Source: Opitutaceae bacterium | Lineage (GTDB): Bacteria; Verrucomicrobiota; Verrucomicrobiia; Opitutales; Opitutaceae | Direction: 5' to 3' | Assembly (NCBI GenBank): GCA_050297195.1 | Contig: JBNKSG010000001.1 | Coordinates: 1-55,349, forward strand | DNA length: 55,349 bases | Part shown: positions 18,239-28,191 of the stretch, piece after piece | Position numbering within the stretch: position 1 is the first letter of the stretch | Layout of the letters: each line of letters starts with the position of its first letter | Notes under the pieces: generated by a model | What the model was told of the DNA's origin: nothing | What the model saw: only the letters and a program-made list of their open reading frames with translations | Database searches by the model: none | Position numbers and translations under genes: made by a program

Positions 18239-19315
18239 CTATTTGGAGAGTTGAGAGAACAAGGCCTTCAGGGCCTTTCCTGGCGCGTGCGACATTTCGC
18301 GCAGGTAGCGAAGCCATGCCGCCTGCCCTCGCGACTTGCGTATCATCTCGCGATTGCGACGTCGCGGCGCCTTAAGGTTTTCGCGCTGGGCAATCAGCGA
18401 CCTCACGATTGGCTTGAACTGCGGTAGGGAGCAGGTCTCGATGAACGAGAGGAACGCGTAGGAGGAAAACATTTCGGTTCCGAGAACCCCGATATAGAAC
18501 CACTTCAGGGACACCATGCTGGAAGGAGCTTCCTTACTGGTTGGAGCTAGGTCTTCTTCGGTAAGATAGCTCGAGAAATCCGGAACCGCCTGAGTCGCTT
18601 CCACCATCCTCTCCATGTAGAAGAACAAGTCGGTAAGCTGGTACACGAACAGGCCAAAGAATCCAAAGGCCATTGGAACGAGCGCCATTTCGACACAGGT
18701 TTTGTAGTCCTTCAGCGGATACTTTATCGCCCATTTAAGCAGGCTTGATCCAAAACCAGCGATTAGACCAACGCTTATCCCATAGGCCCACGACCCGTTC
18801 GCGCTGTGCCCTTGGACTTGCATTCCCGTCACGACCACAGTGGCGCCGAACGACGAGACCAGCAGAACGGAAGATGCGGCCATGCCAACCTTGTGGTAAC
18901 CCTGAACTACGCCTTCGTCTATCAGCTTGTCAGGCTCTTGTCCCCGCAGCTTGGACTTCAACTCCTTGAAGTCTCCCTCGTCCTCGAGCCGCTCGTCAAT
19001 CCGATCGATATGGCTTTCAAGGCCCACTCGGTGCTCCGCCGTGTACTGGTTGGACCTGTCGCTGATGAAACGAAGGATCGACCCCTTGGGAACCTTCAGG
19101 AACTCCAGGAGCGGCGGCAGCCAAGCCGCGAGCTGGGCCGTATCCGGAGCATGGTCCAACTGGGTGAACGAATTTCCATCGTTCCCAGGATTTTCCTTTC
19201 GAGGCTTGTCCTTTCGGAAAGCCTGCTTTTCGAGCCAAACCCTGCGCCGCTTGTCAGCTCGCTTTCGCTGGAAGCGCTTTTCGTCTCGCCTGTTTCGTGT
19301 ATTTTCTTTTTTCAT
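18239..19315 (-). CDS. Multi-pass membrane protein with coiled-coil termini
   Basis: About 4 hydrophobic segments and basic N- and C-termini. First gene of the leftward operon. Confidence 0.7.
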   Translation of the reverse strand: MKKENTRNRRDEKRFQRKRADKRRRVWLEKQAFRKDKPRKENPGNDGNSFTQLDHAPDTAQLAAWLPPLLEFLKVPKGSILRFISDRSNQYTAEHRVGLESHIDRIDERLEDEGDFKELKSKLRGQEPDKLIDEGVVQGYHKVGMAASSVLLVSSFGATVVVTGMQVQGHSANGSWAYGISVGLIAGFGSSLLKWAIKYPLKDYKTCVEMALVPMAFGFFGLFVYQLTDLFFYMERMVEATQAVPDFSSYLTEEDLAPTSKEAPSSMVSLKWFYIGVLGTEMFSSYAFLSFIETCSLPQFKPIVRSLIAQRENLKAPRRRNREMIRKSRGQAAWLRYLREMSHAPGKALKALFSQLSK

Positions 19316-19385
19316 ACTGCAATGATAGTTTCTTCGAGAACAGATCATCACAGAGAGGGAGAAGCCTTGTCACCACGGCTTGGAG

Positions 19386-19403
19386 ACGGGTTTGCAAACC
19401 CGT
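19386..19403. promoter_or_regulatory. Perfect 18-bp palindrome ACGGGTTTGCAAACCCGT, candidate operator
   Basis: Lies in the divergent intergenic region between the membrane operon and the XRE regulator. Confidence 0.55.
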
Positions 19404-19464
19404 TTGGAATAGTTGCCAAAAGGCTTCATAATTAGGGAACCAACAAAGAGCAGCCTGCCACGCC

Positions 19465-20232
19465 ATGCCATCAGGAGCCCAATTCAAGCTTACCGAGACA
19501 GCTATAAGCGATACAGCGTCTTATCTCTCCCAATTCGAAATTGATTACCTTAAGGAACATCCCAATCGCTCGAAGAATAGCGTGTGGGGGGAAAGCGGCT
19601 TTGGAAGGGATACCTACAACTCGCTCGTGAAAAGCGAAGATGAATGGAGGCAACTTTCCACGGTGAAAAAAGTCGCCGAAGCGCTTGAGCAGCCAGCTCA
19701 TCTGATAGTGAGGCTCGTGCTCAAGGAGGGCCACCTCATGACCCCGCAAGAGTATTTTCAGATCGTAGAATCCACGGAGTCGATCATCGAAAGCGTCGCG
19801 GGAAAGTTGGCGAAACTGGGAAGCGACGAGCGGCTTGTGATTGCCGCGATAATCGAGGTCCTTCAAGACACTGTCGGGCTTCAACCGGCATTGGTGGAGC
19901 TGGATACTGGAGGCTTTGGGATTATGATGAAGAAGCTCAAGCTCAGCTTTGCTGACATGGCGAAGCTCGCGAAGGAACGGCGTCCCAAACGCAAGGGACT
20001 CGGGCTCGCTCCCTCACATCCAGCAGGCGTCATCAACGTGGCGTTTCTGGAGAGCATATCGGCAGCGAGCGAAACCGGCGAGGCAGTGGACGTTTCCTTG
20101 CCCGCCCTCTTCGATCTTGCGTTCGTCTTCAAAACGTTGCCCTCCGACCTCCTAGACGAGAATTCGCCCCTTCGCGAAACGCTGCTCACCGCAGAGCGAG
20201 CAGCCATCGACAAGCTTGACGGATCCGAATAA
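19465..20232 (+). CDS. Transcriptional regulator with two XRE-like HTH domains
   Basis: ESGFGRDTYNSL...LSTVKKVAEALEQ and LSFADMAKL...SLPALFDLAFVFKTLPSDLL. Confidence 0.6.
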   Translation: MPSGAQFKLTETAISDTASYLSQFEIDYLKEHPNRSKNSVWGESGFGRDTYNSLVKSEDEWRQLSTVKKVAEALEQPAHLIVRLVLKEGHLMTPQEYFQIVESTESIIESVAGKLAKLGSDERLVIAAIIEVLQDTVGLQPALVELDTGGFGIMMKKLKLSFADMAKLAKERRPKRKGLGLAPSHPAGVINVAFLESISAASETGEAVDVSLPALFDLAFVFKTLPSDLLDENSPLRETLLTAERAAIDKLDGSE

Positions 20233-20938
20233 TGTATCCATAATAAAGATACAGAAAAATTCCACTATTAGGAGAGATGGCATACTTGATCCGGAAACGA
20301 AAAGCGGACTGGAAACGCTGCTCGGACGATCGGTCGCGGAAAGGCTGAGCGAGCGCTTCGACAACGTGCGCGAGTTCTCCGGCGTAAAAGGAGCCTCGCT
20401 AGCCAAGGAGCTCAACCTTAGCAACTATGACGCGGAACGGATCGAAGCAATTGGTCGGCTATGCTCGGCCAGGAGTTTCGAGCGTTCGGATGAAGAGATA
20501 GTGTTGGTCGACCGCTTGCACAAGCTGGCCGACCCTATGAGGAAGGTTTTGGAGAGGCAACCGAACAAGGAGATTTTCGCGTGCGCCTATCTAGGCGAAA
20601 GGAACAGGCTGCTGGACATCGTGGAGATCGCAGTCGGCGAGATCCATCAGGTCCAGTTCGAATTCCGCAGCATTTTCGCAGAGGCCTTCAGGCTGGACGC
20701 CAAGTCCCTCATAATGGCCCACAACCATGTAGCTAGCAGCTTCGAGCCGTCCGACGCCGACATCGAGGCGACCCGCCGGGCCGTCTCGGCCGGTGAGCTA
20801 GTGGGAGTACCCGTAATAGACCACGTCATCATGTGCCCGTCGAGAGAAGAGCCAGGCTGCTGGCACTTCCGCTCGATGGTCGGCATGGGCAAATTTCCGG
20901 GACAGGAAAAAAGGGAATACGAGCCTGCTGGCCCGTAG
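20216..20938 (+). CDS. radC: RadC-like JAB-domain protein
   Basis: EIFACAYL..RNRLL, HNH.....EPSDAD and VPVIDHVI JAB motifs. Confidence 0.85.
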   Translation: MTDPNNVSIIKIQKNSTIRRDGILDPETKSGLETLLGRSVAERLSERFDNVREFSGVKGASLAKELNLSNYDAERIEAIGRLCSARSFERSDEEIVLVDRLHKLADPMRKVLERQPNKEIFACAYLGERNRLLDIVEIAVGEIHQVQFEFRSIFAEAFRLDAKSLIMAHNHVASSFEPSDADIEATRRAVSAGELVGVPVIDHVIMCPSREEPGCWHFRSMVGMGKFPGQEKREYEPAGP

Positions 20939-20950
20939 CGGGACCGGAGC

Positions 20951-22528
20951 TCACGCTTGCCCTTCTTCGTCCCACTTGGAATAGCGGCTCTTGAAGGGTT
21001 CCCTCTGGTCGTACAGGATCCTCGACAGGACGAAAGGCCTCCTCCCAGGCAGTAGCAGCAGTTGTCTCGAATACTCGTCCTCCCTCGAAAAGTAGGAGGC
21101 GATCTCGGAGGGCGACAGCAATGGCGTCGTTCTTTCCTGTTCGCTTATACCGGTGCCGCCCCTCTCCATTACCTGGTCCCGGGTCTGGGCCGACCTTGAG
21201 GAGGTCGCGATAGTGGTGTTTCCCAACTTTTTGGATACGTATTCCAAGGTAAAGTTGTCGACGTTCCCGAAGATCTGGATCATCCCAGTGTTCCCGAGGA
21301 ACGTCTCCCAACGCGTTTTGTAAAGGGACCTCAGCTGGCCCATATCCTGGACTATGAACCAAAGCTTGACCCCGTAGCCTGCAATCTGGCCCGCCGCTTC
21401 CTCGATTTCGCGCATGTATGACAATACTGGAAACTCGTCCAGAACCACCAGGAGAGGTACCTTGGGACGTTCCAGCACGCTGTCCATCGTACCCAAGGTC
21501 TGATTGACCATCATCCGAAGAAATCCTCGGCAGCTGCCCAAAGACGCGGGAGGCAGGCAGACATAGAGCGATACCTTTCCACCCTTTAACTCGTCCAACG
21601 AGAAGTCGCCGTCGCGCAGCGCCGAACGAATGCTCGTGTAGTCCAGGAACTTCATGTGACGCTTGGCCGTCGAAAGCACGCTGCCGAACTCCTCCTTCGG
21701 CATCTTCGAGAAGAACCGGGCGGCTGCGGCAACCCTTCCTTCGAGAGCGCCGTTGGCCATCATCTTCTTGAATACGGTCGCGAGGCTGTCGATCCTGCCT
21801 GTCAGAGCGTCGTATACCGCGACCAAATCCCGTCCGCCCTCCTTTGCCTCCCCGAAGGTAACCACGTGAAGTATGAGACTCTCGATGAGAGCCTTCGCCG
21901 AATCGTCCCAATGGGGATCCTTGGCATTGGGGTTCTCAACCACTATGCTGTCAACGATCCGTCCAGCGTCCTCGATCAGCGTCCGGCTCAGAACTTTGAG
22001 CCTTCCCAAGGGATTGTAGGAGACGCGGTACTTCTTGAGCTTCGGGTGCGTGATCCCGAACGGATCGAGTATCCTCACCTTCTGGCCCAGCGTCTTTGCC
22101 CGATACGAGGCGGTGAGGTTCGCGTTTTCGCCCTTCGGGTCGAGAGCCACGACGCCGCCCCCGTAGGAGAGGAGGTTCGGAACGATAGCCGAACGGCCCT
22201 TGCCTGCCCTGCTTCCCGCCACCGTCAGCACATGCCGATCATCGTCTATCCCGACTAGCGAGCCGCCGGTCGCGACACGCTCGGACCGTCCTCCATGCGT
22301 CGCAAGTTCCTCGCTCTTCGCTCCGATGGCTCCCGCCAAAATCCCGCCGCCGCCGTCGACGAATTCCATTCGAGCCATATTCTCCGGCGTTTCGAAATAC
22401 TGGGTCGGCATCCAGGACTCGCCTATCCTTCGGTCCAGCACTCCGCGAGGCAGGTCCTTATGCAAATCGTCGGGGACGAACGCTTCTGGCTCGCTCCGAG
22501 ATTCATCTTTCCTTCTCTTTCCAAACAT
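20951..22528 (-). CDS. virD4: VirD4/TraG-like type IV coupling protein (no N-terminal TM)
   Basis: HVLTVAGSRAGKG (Walker A), LDPKGEN, VLDEFPVL (Walker B) and IVQDMGQLRSLY. Start set at MFGKRRKD. Confidence 0.92.
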   Translation of the reverse strand: MFGKRRKDESRSEPEAFVPDDLHKDLPRGVLDRRIGESWMPTQYFETPENMARMEFVDGGGGILAGAIGAKSEELATHGGRSERVATGGSLVGIDDDRHVLTVAGSRAGKGRSAIVPNLLSYGGGVVALDPKGENANLTASYRAKTLGQKVRILDPFGITHPKLKKYRVSYNPLGRLKVLSRTLIEDAGRIVDSIVVENPNAKDPHWDDSAKALIESLILHVVTFGEAKEGGRDLVAVYDALTGRIDSLATVFKKMMANGALEGRVAAAARFFSKMPKEEFGSVLSTAKRHMKFLDYTSIRSALRDGDFSLDELKGGKVSLYVCLPPASLGSCRGFLRMMVNQTLGTMDSVLERPKVPLLVVLDEFPVLSYMREIEEAAGQIAGYGVKLWFIVQDMGQLRSLYKTRWETFLGNTGMIQIFGNVDNFTLEYVSKKLGNTTIATSSRSAQTRDQVMERGGTGISEQERTTPLLSPSEIASYFSREDEYSRQLLLLPGRRPFVLSRILYDQREPFKSRYSKWDEEGQA

Positions 22529-22650
22529 GACTCTAAGCTGCTGTCGCGATTTCGCGCCTTTCTGCGATCGGGATCCGGCCAAGGAAACGCCGATCGCCCG
22601 ACATGGAGACAGGCCTCGAGTCGAACGGCAACGCGTTTCCGGGTTCCGGT

Positions 22651-23802
22651 CTACCGCTCGCAGTCTCCATAGCCCCACCCGTAGCCCTTCAGCCGATCCT
22701 CGCACAAGTCCTTGGCCCTTTGCATGCGCTTGACGACCGAGGCGAGATCGTCGATGGACTCCGAAAAATCTCCGAACCGGTAGCCTATCCGGTTCCACGC
22801 CAGCTCCGCCCTTCGCGCGGAGCGAGTCACCACCCGCTCGGCCTCTTCCTCGTCGCATCTCACGCGCTCCGAGCAAAGCAAGCTGACTACTTGGGCCATG
22901 ACGAAGGTCTGGCGCGTGATTGCTGACGGATGGCTGCCTATGGCGTCCACGCTGCGCTGCCTCTGTCCCAGCAAAAAGAAGACAAGGCTAACAGCGTAGA
23001 CTACCCTCCCCATAAGCTCGATTCTGGGATCCCTAGAGGAATCGCAAAGGAGGGAGCTCAATAGCCGACTACGGTAAACTGCATTGTTGACCACATATGA
23101 ATAAACGAAAGCTATGGCGGTGTGGTCCGCCTGCAGTTCCCAAGCCTGCCTGACGGAGTCGCTGACCCCTGCGCGTCGCCCGACTTCGGCTATGGCGCTC
23201 ATGCTCCTTTTCTCGGCAATCCGGGAATGGCCTCTAACCAGATGCCCTATCTCGTGGGTTACGCAAAAGAGGACAGCCAGCTCCGCGAGCTTGGTCGAAA
23301 GGACCTTCTGCCAACGCTCCTCCGGCATGGTATCCAGAAGCATGGATTCTACGCGGCGTCCGAAATCACCCGTAGGCAGCCTCGCGACCGGCATGTCGGT
23401 CGGGAAGTCCCAAAACGTTGAATCCTCTCCAATCTCCTCGGAGAACGGATTGGTCATCTTCACCAGCTCCTGGAACATCACCTGGACCAGAATTGGCAAG
23501 GCGGCGGAAATTCCGACGAAATGACAGCCATCGGAGGTCGCAGCGTAGGCCTGGAATTCGTCGATCTCCAGAAACTCCACTACGCATCGATCCTTCAGCT
23601 CGGGCCTCCCCGCCATGTCGCAATAGGCTCCGATAAGCTTGTATCCAGAAATTTGGGGCGTCTCGAATAGGGCTTGGACGTTCCCGTCCAAAACTCCGTA
23701 ATCGAAGACCCTCTCGCCGTCGTCCGCGAAGTAGCGTTCGAACGCGAGGATGGCGGAATCTTTGGCGTTCTCGAAAGTCGGAGGATTGGCGAAGGGCTTC
23801 AT
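22651..23802 (-). CDS. HExxH metallopeptidase, Lit/peptidase U49-like
   Basis: THEIGH, WELQAD and SHPSAITR motif order. No signal peptide. Confidence 0.7.
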   Translation of the reverse strand: MKPFANPPTFENAKDSAILAFERYFADDGERVFDYGVLDGNVQALFETPQISGYKLIGAYCDMAGRPELKDRCVVEFLEIDEFQAYAATSDGCHFVGISAALPILVQVMFQELVKMTNPFSEEIGEDSTFWDFPTDMPVARLPTGDFGRRVESMLLDTMPEERWQKVLSTKLAELAVLFCVTHEIGHLVRGHSRIAEKRSMSAIAEVGRRAGVSDSVRQAWELQADHTAIAFVYSYVVNNAVYRSRLLSSLLCDSSRDPRIELMGRVVYAVSLVFFLLGQRQRSVDAIGSHPSAITRQTFVMAQVVSLLCSERVRCDEEEAERVVTRSARRAELAWNRIGYRFGDFSESIDDLASVVKRMQRAKDLCEDRLKGYGWGYGDCER

Positions 23803-23924
23803 TCGGTCAACGATCAGGACTTACCTAAACCAGCTGAAGGACTAGGCTCGCGCAAGCCACCAAATGGCCGAAGGGTGGATCATTCGGTTCGACTTGTCCC
23901 GCGAGAGCCCAAGGATCGCGAGCC

Positions 23925-25085
23925 ATGGAGTCCGTGTTTCAGAATCCGCCCGAGGAGTTGGCAGGCTTCGCCAGGAGCCGCGGCGGGCTTGTTGGCAACC
24001 ACGCCGATGCGCCTGCAAGGGACCGAAGCCTAGCCTACGAGTACCTCGACCTCCTTTCGGAATGCTACGCGGGCTCCCGGAACGAAAACGGGGAAACGTT
24101 TCGCCTGCATGCCCAGAACTGCGGATCTGGACTAAGGAACGCCCTGTTCGCCAAACCGAACGGGATCCCCATCATCCTTCACGACGAGGGCCTCATGCGC
24201 CTGATCGACGAAGTCGCCCTGCTCTGCGCAATCGCAAAGTTCCGTGACTTCGACAAGTTCGAGCCAGACCGCCACTTCCAGCTGTTCGCCCAGAAAAGCT
24301 GGCACGGCCCTGGAATCCTTGACGTCTACCGGACGGACGCGACCAAGAGCCTCGTCAGGCTGATGGAATTCGAAAGCGAGCAGGTCAGGTTCACCAACGT
24401 CCTGACCAACTTCATGCTGCTATTCGCCCTGTCGCACGAGTTCACGCACGCGGTCAACGGACACTGCATACTTCTGGACGAAAGCAACCCGCTCGCATTC
24501 CTCGGGGAAACATCACGCTGCAGTCTGAACGGTCAGGAAAAGTGGATACTCGTCGCCGAGATGTCTGCCGACTACATCGCCCTCCAGCACGCGCTCTCGG
24601 TCTCCGACAAGGCTTCGTTCAAGCTCGATGAAGTCGCAACGGAAGAAATGATGCCTTGGATGCTGGCATCTCTCTTCCTCATGATGTCGTACTGGTTCGT
24701 TGAGGCCTTCGAGCTGAGCGGCCAAAGCCTCTACAGCCACGAGCTCTCCGAGCTGGACCCGAGCTTGGCATGGGACAGGGCTCATCCCATGTCTACCGAC
24801 CGCATCGCTCTCCTCCTTTCTAGCCTGCGGGACAATAAGTTCGGTACTCGGTTCGGATACGACAACTTGAGCGCCTTGACCGGAGAAGCTCTTTCAATAT
24901 GCCTGCAGGCTATGCCTCCTATGAGGGAAAAAGTCGCAATCGAGCAAATAGCTTCCCATGAGGCCGCTTTCCTGGATAGAGCCTTCCGCCAGAAGCGATA
25001 TCTCGCGAAGGAGTCGCTGGAGGAATTTCAGGAGGCGACGAGACGCTACAGGTTTTCGAAAGTCGGCAACATCAAATGGCAATAG
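23925..25085 (+). CDS. HExxH metallopeptidase, Lit/peptidase U49-like (divergent paralogue)
   Basis: SHEFTH, AEMSAD and AHPMSTDR motifs. Confidence 0.7.
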   Translation: MESVFQNPPEELAGFARSRGGLVGNHADAPARDRSLAYEYLDLLSECYAGSRNENGETFRLHAQNCGSGLRNALFAKPNGIPIILHDEGLMRLIDEVALLCAIAKFRDFDKFEPDRHFQLFAQKSWHGPGILDVYRTDATKSLVRLMEFESEQVRFTNVLTNFMLLFALSHEFTHAVNGHCILLDESNPLAFLGETSRCSLNGQEKWILVAEMSADYIALQHALSVSDKASFKLDEVATEEMMPWMLASLFLMMSYWFVEAFELSGQSLYSHELSELDPSLAWDRAHPMSTDRIALLLSSLRDNKFGTRFGYDNLSALTGEALSICLQAMPPMREKVAIEQIASHEAAFLDRAFRQKRYLAKESLEEFQEATRRYRFSKVGNIKWQ

Positions 25086-25282
25086 CTATCCAGGAACTTT
25101 AGATCTTTGCAGGAGCAGAACCGACCCCTGTTAGGAGTCCGAACGTTTGACGTCTGCCCAGCCATCCAGCAGTAGCCCTAGCGACCGGAGCAGGATAGAT
25201 CCTACGTCCAGAATTCGCATTCAACGAACGAGGTCCTTTTATTTCCCAATTAACCTGCGTTAAGCGACTACGGGATTTTTGG

Positions 25283-26929
25283 CTACGAGCCTTCAAAATC
25301 TAGATCTTTTCGATCCAAAACTTCAACCACTCCATGCGATTTCACGACGTTCGAGCCTTTTCGGTACTTCAGACTCACTTCGAACGAGCCCCTGCTTCCT
25401 CTTTCAAAATCAGATTTTTCATCTTCATCGAAGCACACCTCACATTTCGAGAATTCATACCTCAAGTTCGACACCCTAGCTGTTACGCCCAGCACTTCGA
25501 CTTCGACAAAACCGTACTCCACGCTGAAAAGCCCATCTGAATCTTCCTTGCTTAATATTGACCTCATCTTGGACGTAAGCTTCGAAACAGTAAACGTTGC
25601 TACGACATCACCAGCGTTATAGACTCTTTCATCGAACATTTCGCAAATTTCCAGAATATCGAAATAATTGTCAGAATTCACAATTCGAGAGAGCGCGTTC
25701 AGAGTTAGGTCCATTTGAAATAGCCGAGCCAATCTCCGAACGGAAAACAATAGCCTAACCCACATCGACAGTTCCTGTATGGATTTCGCTAGGGACTCGG
25801 CAGTCGCTAGCAAGCTGCAACACAGCTCGCCCTCAACTATAACTTCAAGCCTCACCGGTTGCCCGCGATCAACCACACGCGCAAGGGCCATCATATCACC
25901 AAGATACTTCAATTCACGAATTGGAGCATCCCCCCAGTTCTTAAGTTGAATAACAGTTTTAGAATCTAAAGCCCCAGCCCTGTTAACGAGAACATCAACA
26001 TCAAACGGATGCTCTGGACTATCACTACGTACAGCACCTCCATGAGTTCCTCTTGTTGCAATCGCCGGGAGGACGAAAAGCAGGTCATTAGTGCTGTCGT
26101 TGAAAAAGCGAAAATCAGCCTGGCTCGATTTCGATGGACCTAAAATTAGGGAGCCTCCTTTCTCTTGTATAAGCTTTCGAAATAAAGCGGACCCTTCTAT
26201 TTCAAAACTTCCCGCTGGAATACTGCACTCCCTACCAAACCCAATAGAACCGTTGAGTTTCGCGACTTCCTCGCTGCCATTGACAGTCAACTTAAGACTG
26301 ACGTCCTCTCGAGCTCGGAGGCTAATTGCCGTCCTATGGTTCACGTAGCTCACCTCTGCATAAAACCTTGGATCCAACTTCTCGATGCTATCACGCTTGG
26401 CCCGAATCGCCGCCTCGACAGAACCGGGAAACTTATTTCGCATGTATTTCTTTGCGTGATACGCTAATTCCTTTATTTTCCTTGAATCATCGATCGGAAA
26501 ATCATCATTGAAACTGATTTGTATCCGCTCTTGGTTCTCCCATCCTTTGTTCAGGCTCTGCTTATCAAACCACTCTTGAATAAAGACAGCGTATCCACAT
26601 TTCTTGGATATATCTACGACAACCAAGAATACCGGCAAGTCGCAATCGTTCGCCCAATACTTGAGATGGCGAACCTTCACAACCTGTTTGATAGTCCCTC
26701 CAATCACCTTGAGAGATTTTCTACTCTTAAGCTGAACTCGAACTTGCTTGCCGGTGGGGTTGTCGCTTTCGACCAGCTCCAAGCAATAGTCGATGTGATA
26801 GTCGCTTTCACCGGAGCCTTCCGTTCTGTCGATCCAATCGTCAGGATCGAGACAGCTTTCGAAATACCGCTTCCCTTTCTTGTTAATTTTGTGGTTCTGA
26901 TCAACTGAACCTCTCTCTGAAGCACTCAT
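25283..26929 (-). CDS. DUF4365-type PD-(D/E)XK nuclease domain fused to an unknown C-terminal region
   Basis: DYHIDYCLELV...VQLKS...HLKYW..CDLPVFLVVVD pattern. Confidence 0.75.
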   Translation of the reverse strand: MSASERGSVDQNHKINKKGKRYFESCLDPDDWIDRTEGSGESDYHIDYCLELVESDNPTGKQVRVQLKSRKSLKVIGGTIKQVVKVRHLKYWANDCDLPVFLVVVDISKKCGYAVFIQEWFDKQSLNKGWENQERIQISFNDDFPIDDSRKIKELAYHAKKYMRNKFPGSVEAAIRAKRDSIEKLDPRFYAEVSYVNHRTAISLRAREDVSLKLTVNGSEEVAKLNGSIGFGRECSIPAGSFEIEGSALFRKLIQEKGGSLILGPSKSSQADFRFFNDSTNDLLFVLPAIATRGTHGGAVRSDSPEHPFDVDVLVNRAGALDSKTVIQLKNWGDAPIRELKYLGDMMALARVVDRGQPVRLEVIVEGELCCSLLATAESLAKSIQELSMWVRLLFSVRRLARLFQMDLTLNALSRIVNSDNYFDILEICEMFDERVYNAGDVVATFTVSKLTSKMRSILSKEDSDGLFSVEYGFVEVEVLGVTARVSNLRYEFSKCEVCFDEDEKSDFERGSRGSFEVSLKYRKGSNVVKSHGVVEVLDRKDLDFEGS

Positions 26930-27100
26930 AAAATCTAATCGAAACGTTTCCCCCTAAATAGATCACGACGCAAAACCAAATAAGATTACGTTCCTAGCCT
27001 CACCAGTAAAAAGAAATCCCAATAAAAGAGAGTAGTTTTACTTATTTTCCTCTTGAAACAAACGTGCAACCTGTTAAGCAAGAGCTGAATCCTCCTTGCT

Positions 27101-28144
27101 ATGCCTATCCAACGCTACGGCGCCCTCAAAGGGCGACCAGTCGGCTACCGTCTTGGCGCCGGCTCAAGTCCTCACTTCTCAGTTCATATCGTTGACGATA
27201 CGACTGATTATCGGATCGCTATCAACGTTAAGTCGAAGCTGCATCCTTCAGAATTGCTGTATCTCATCGACGATCAGTTCACTCATCCATACACTGAAAT
27301 TTGGAAGGGGCTCGCTACTGGCTTTACTCAGCTAGACCGCAATCCCACGAGCGGAGCGCTGGACTACATTCGGTCAAACCTGTTCGACAGATCTCGTCTC
27401 GTCGCGCTCCCACATTCAATTGCCGGTCCAGATAACGACCTCAACGAAAAGATACAAAATCAAATAGTTCGAGCGATAAATGTACCCGAAGCGACTCTGT
27501 ACGCATTTGGGGAACGCTGGGGTCCCGAACCTGGCAAGAAAGATAAACACTTTGGATTTCTGCCTGGCAATGGCATACACGATATCCACATGAACCAAGG
27601 CAACGTGGGTCAATTCACCTCAGCAGACGGGGTGTGGCAGGACGGGGCTCTCTTCATCCACTTTCCTGCAATTCGAGACGGCAACACGGTTATAGCGAGC
27701 GAACAATGGATTGGCGTGATCCTAGCCTTCCAATCCCAGTCCTGGCATACAGACGACTCCACTGGACACTCCATACGAGGAGAGCCCGATCCTGTAATCG
27801 TAGATGAAGGCTCAAGCCAACTTGGAAGCGACTTACGCATCGTCGCAGCTTTGGTAAATCCCGAAGGCCAAGACCAAGGATTCGAAGCGGTCACCCTTAT
27901 CAACACTTCAACGCGTAGCATCGATCTCAAAGGATGGAGGATCCTTGATAAGATGAAACGAGCTTTTGAAATTCCTCCTCACACTATCGCACCTGGAGAA
28001 ACCCATCGAGTCAAACTAGACGGAGAAAGCGCCCAACTAGGCAATAATGGAGGTTTAATCACGCTCATCACCCCCGAGGGACTCAAAGCTCATGGCGTTT
28101 CCTACACTAAATCAGGCGATCAAGGGAAGAGTATCGTTTTCTGA
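27101..28144 (+). CDS. YukJ (DUF2278) family protein with C-terminal lamin-tail domain
   Basis: YGALKG, SPHF, LDYIRSNLF, GIHDIHMNQGN and WQDG motifs. LTD: IVAALVNPEG.D.G.E.VTLIN....IDLKGW. Confidence 0.85.
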   Translation: MPIQRYGALKGRPVGYRLGAGSSPHFSVHIVDDTTDYRIAINVKSKLHPSELLYLIDDQFTHPYTEIWKGLATGFTQLDRNPTSGALDYIRSNLFDRSRLVALPHSIAGPDNDLNEKIQNQIVRAINVPEATLYAFGERWGPEPGKKDKHFGFLPGNGIHDIHMNQGNVGQFTSADGVWQDGALFIHFPAIRDGNTVIASEQWIGVILAFQSQSWHTDDSTGHSIRGEPDPVIVDEGSSQLGSDLRIVAALVNPEGQDQGFEAVTLINTSTRSIDLKGWRILDKMKRAFEIPPHTIAPGETHRVKLDGESAQLGNNGGLITLITPEGLKAHGVSYTKSGDQGKSIVF

Positions 28145-28191
28145 GCGTTTCGACCTCAACAAACACCAACTGACAGAGAGGAAAATCCACA

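Noticed and set aside
20829-22876. 360-aa ORF 20829-21911 and the 116-aa N-terminal extension of the T4CP to 22876
   Set aside because: Alternative-frame, Arg/Gly-rich shadows. The extension overlaps the peptidase gene.
25130-25282. GCAGACGTCAAACGTTCGG (minus) resembling an attC right end after the DUF4365 gene
   Set aside because: No complementary left end found. Too weak.
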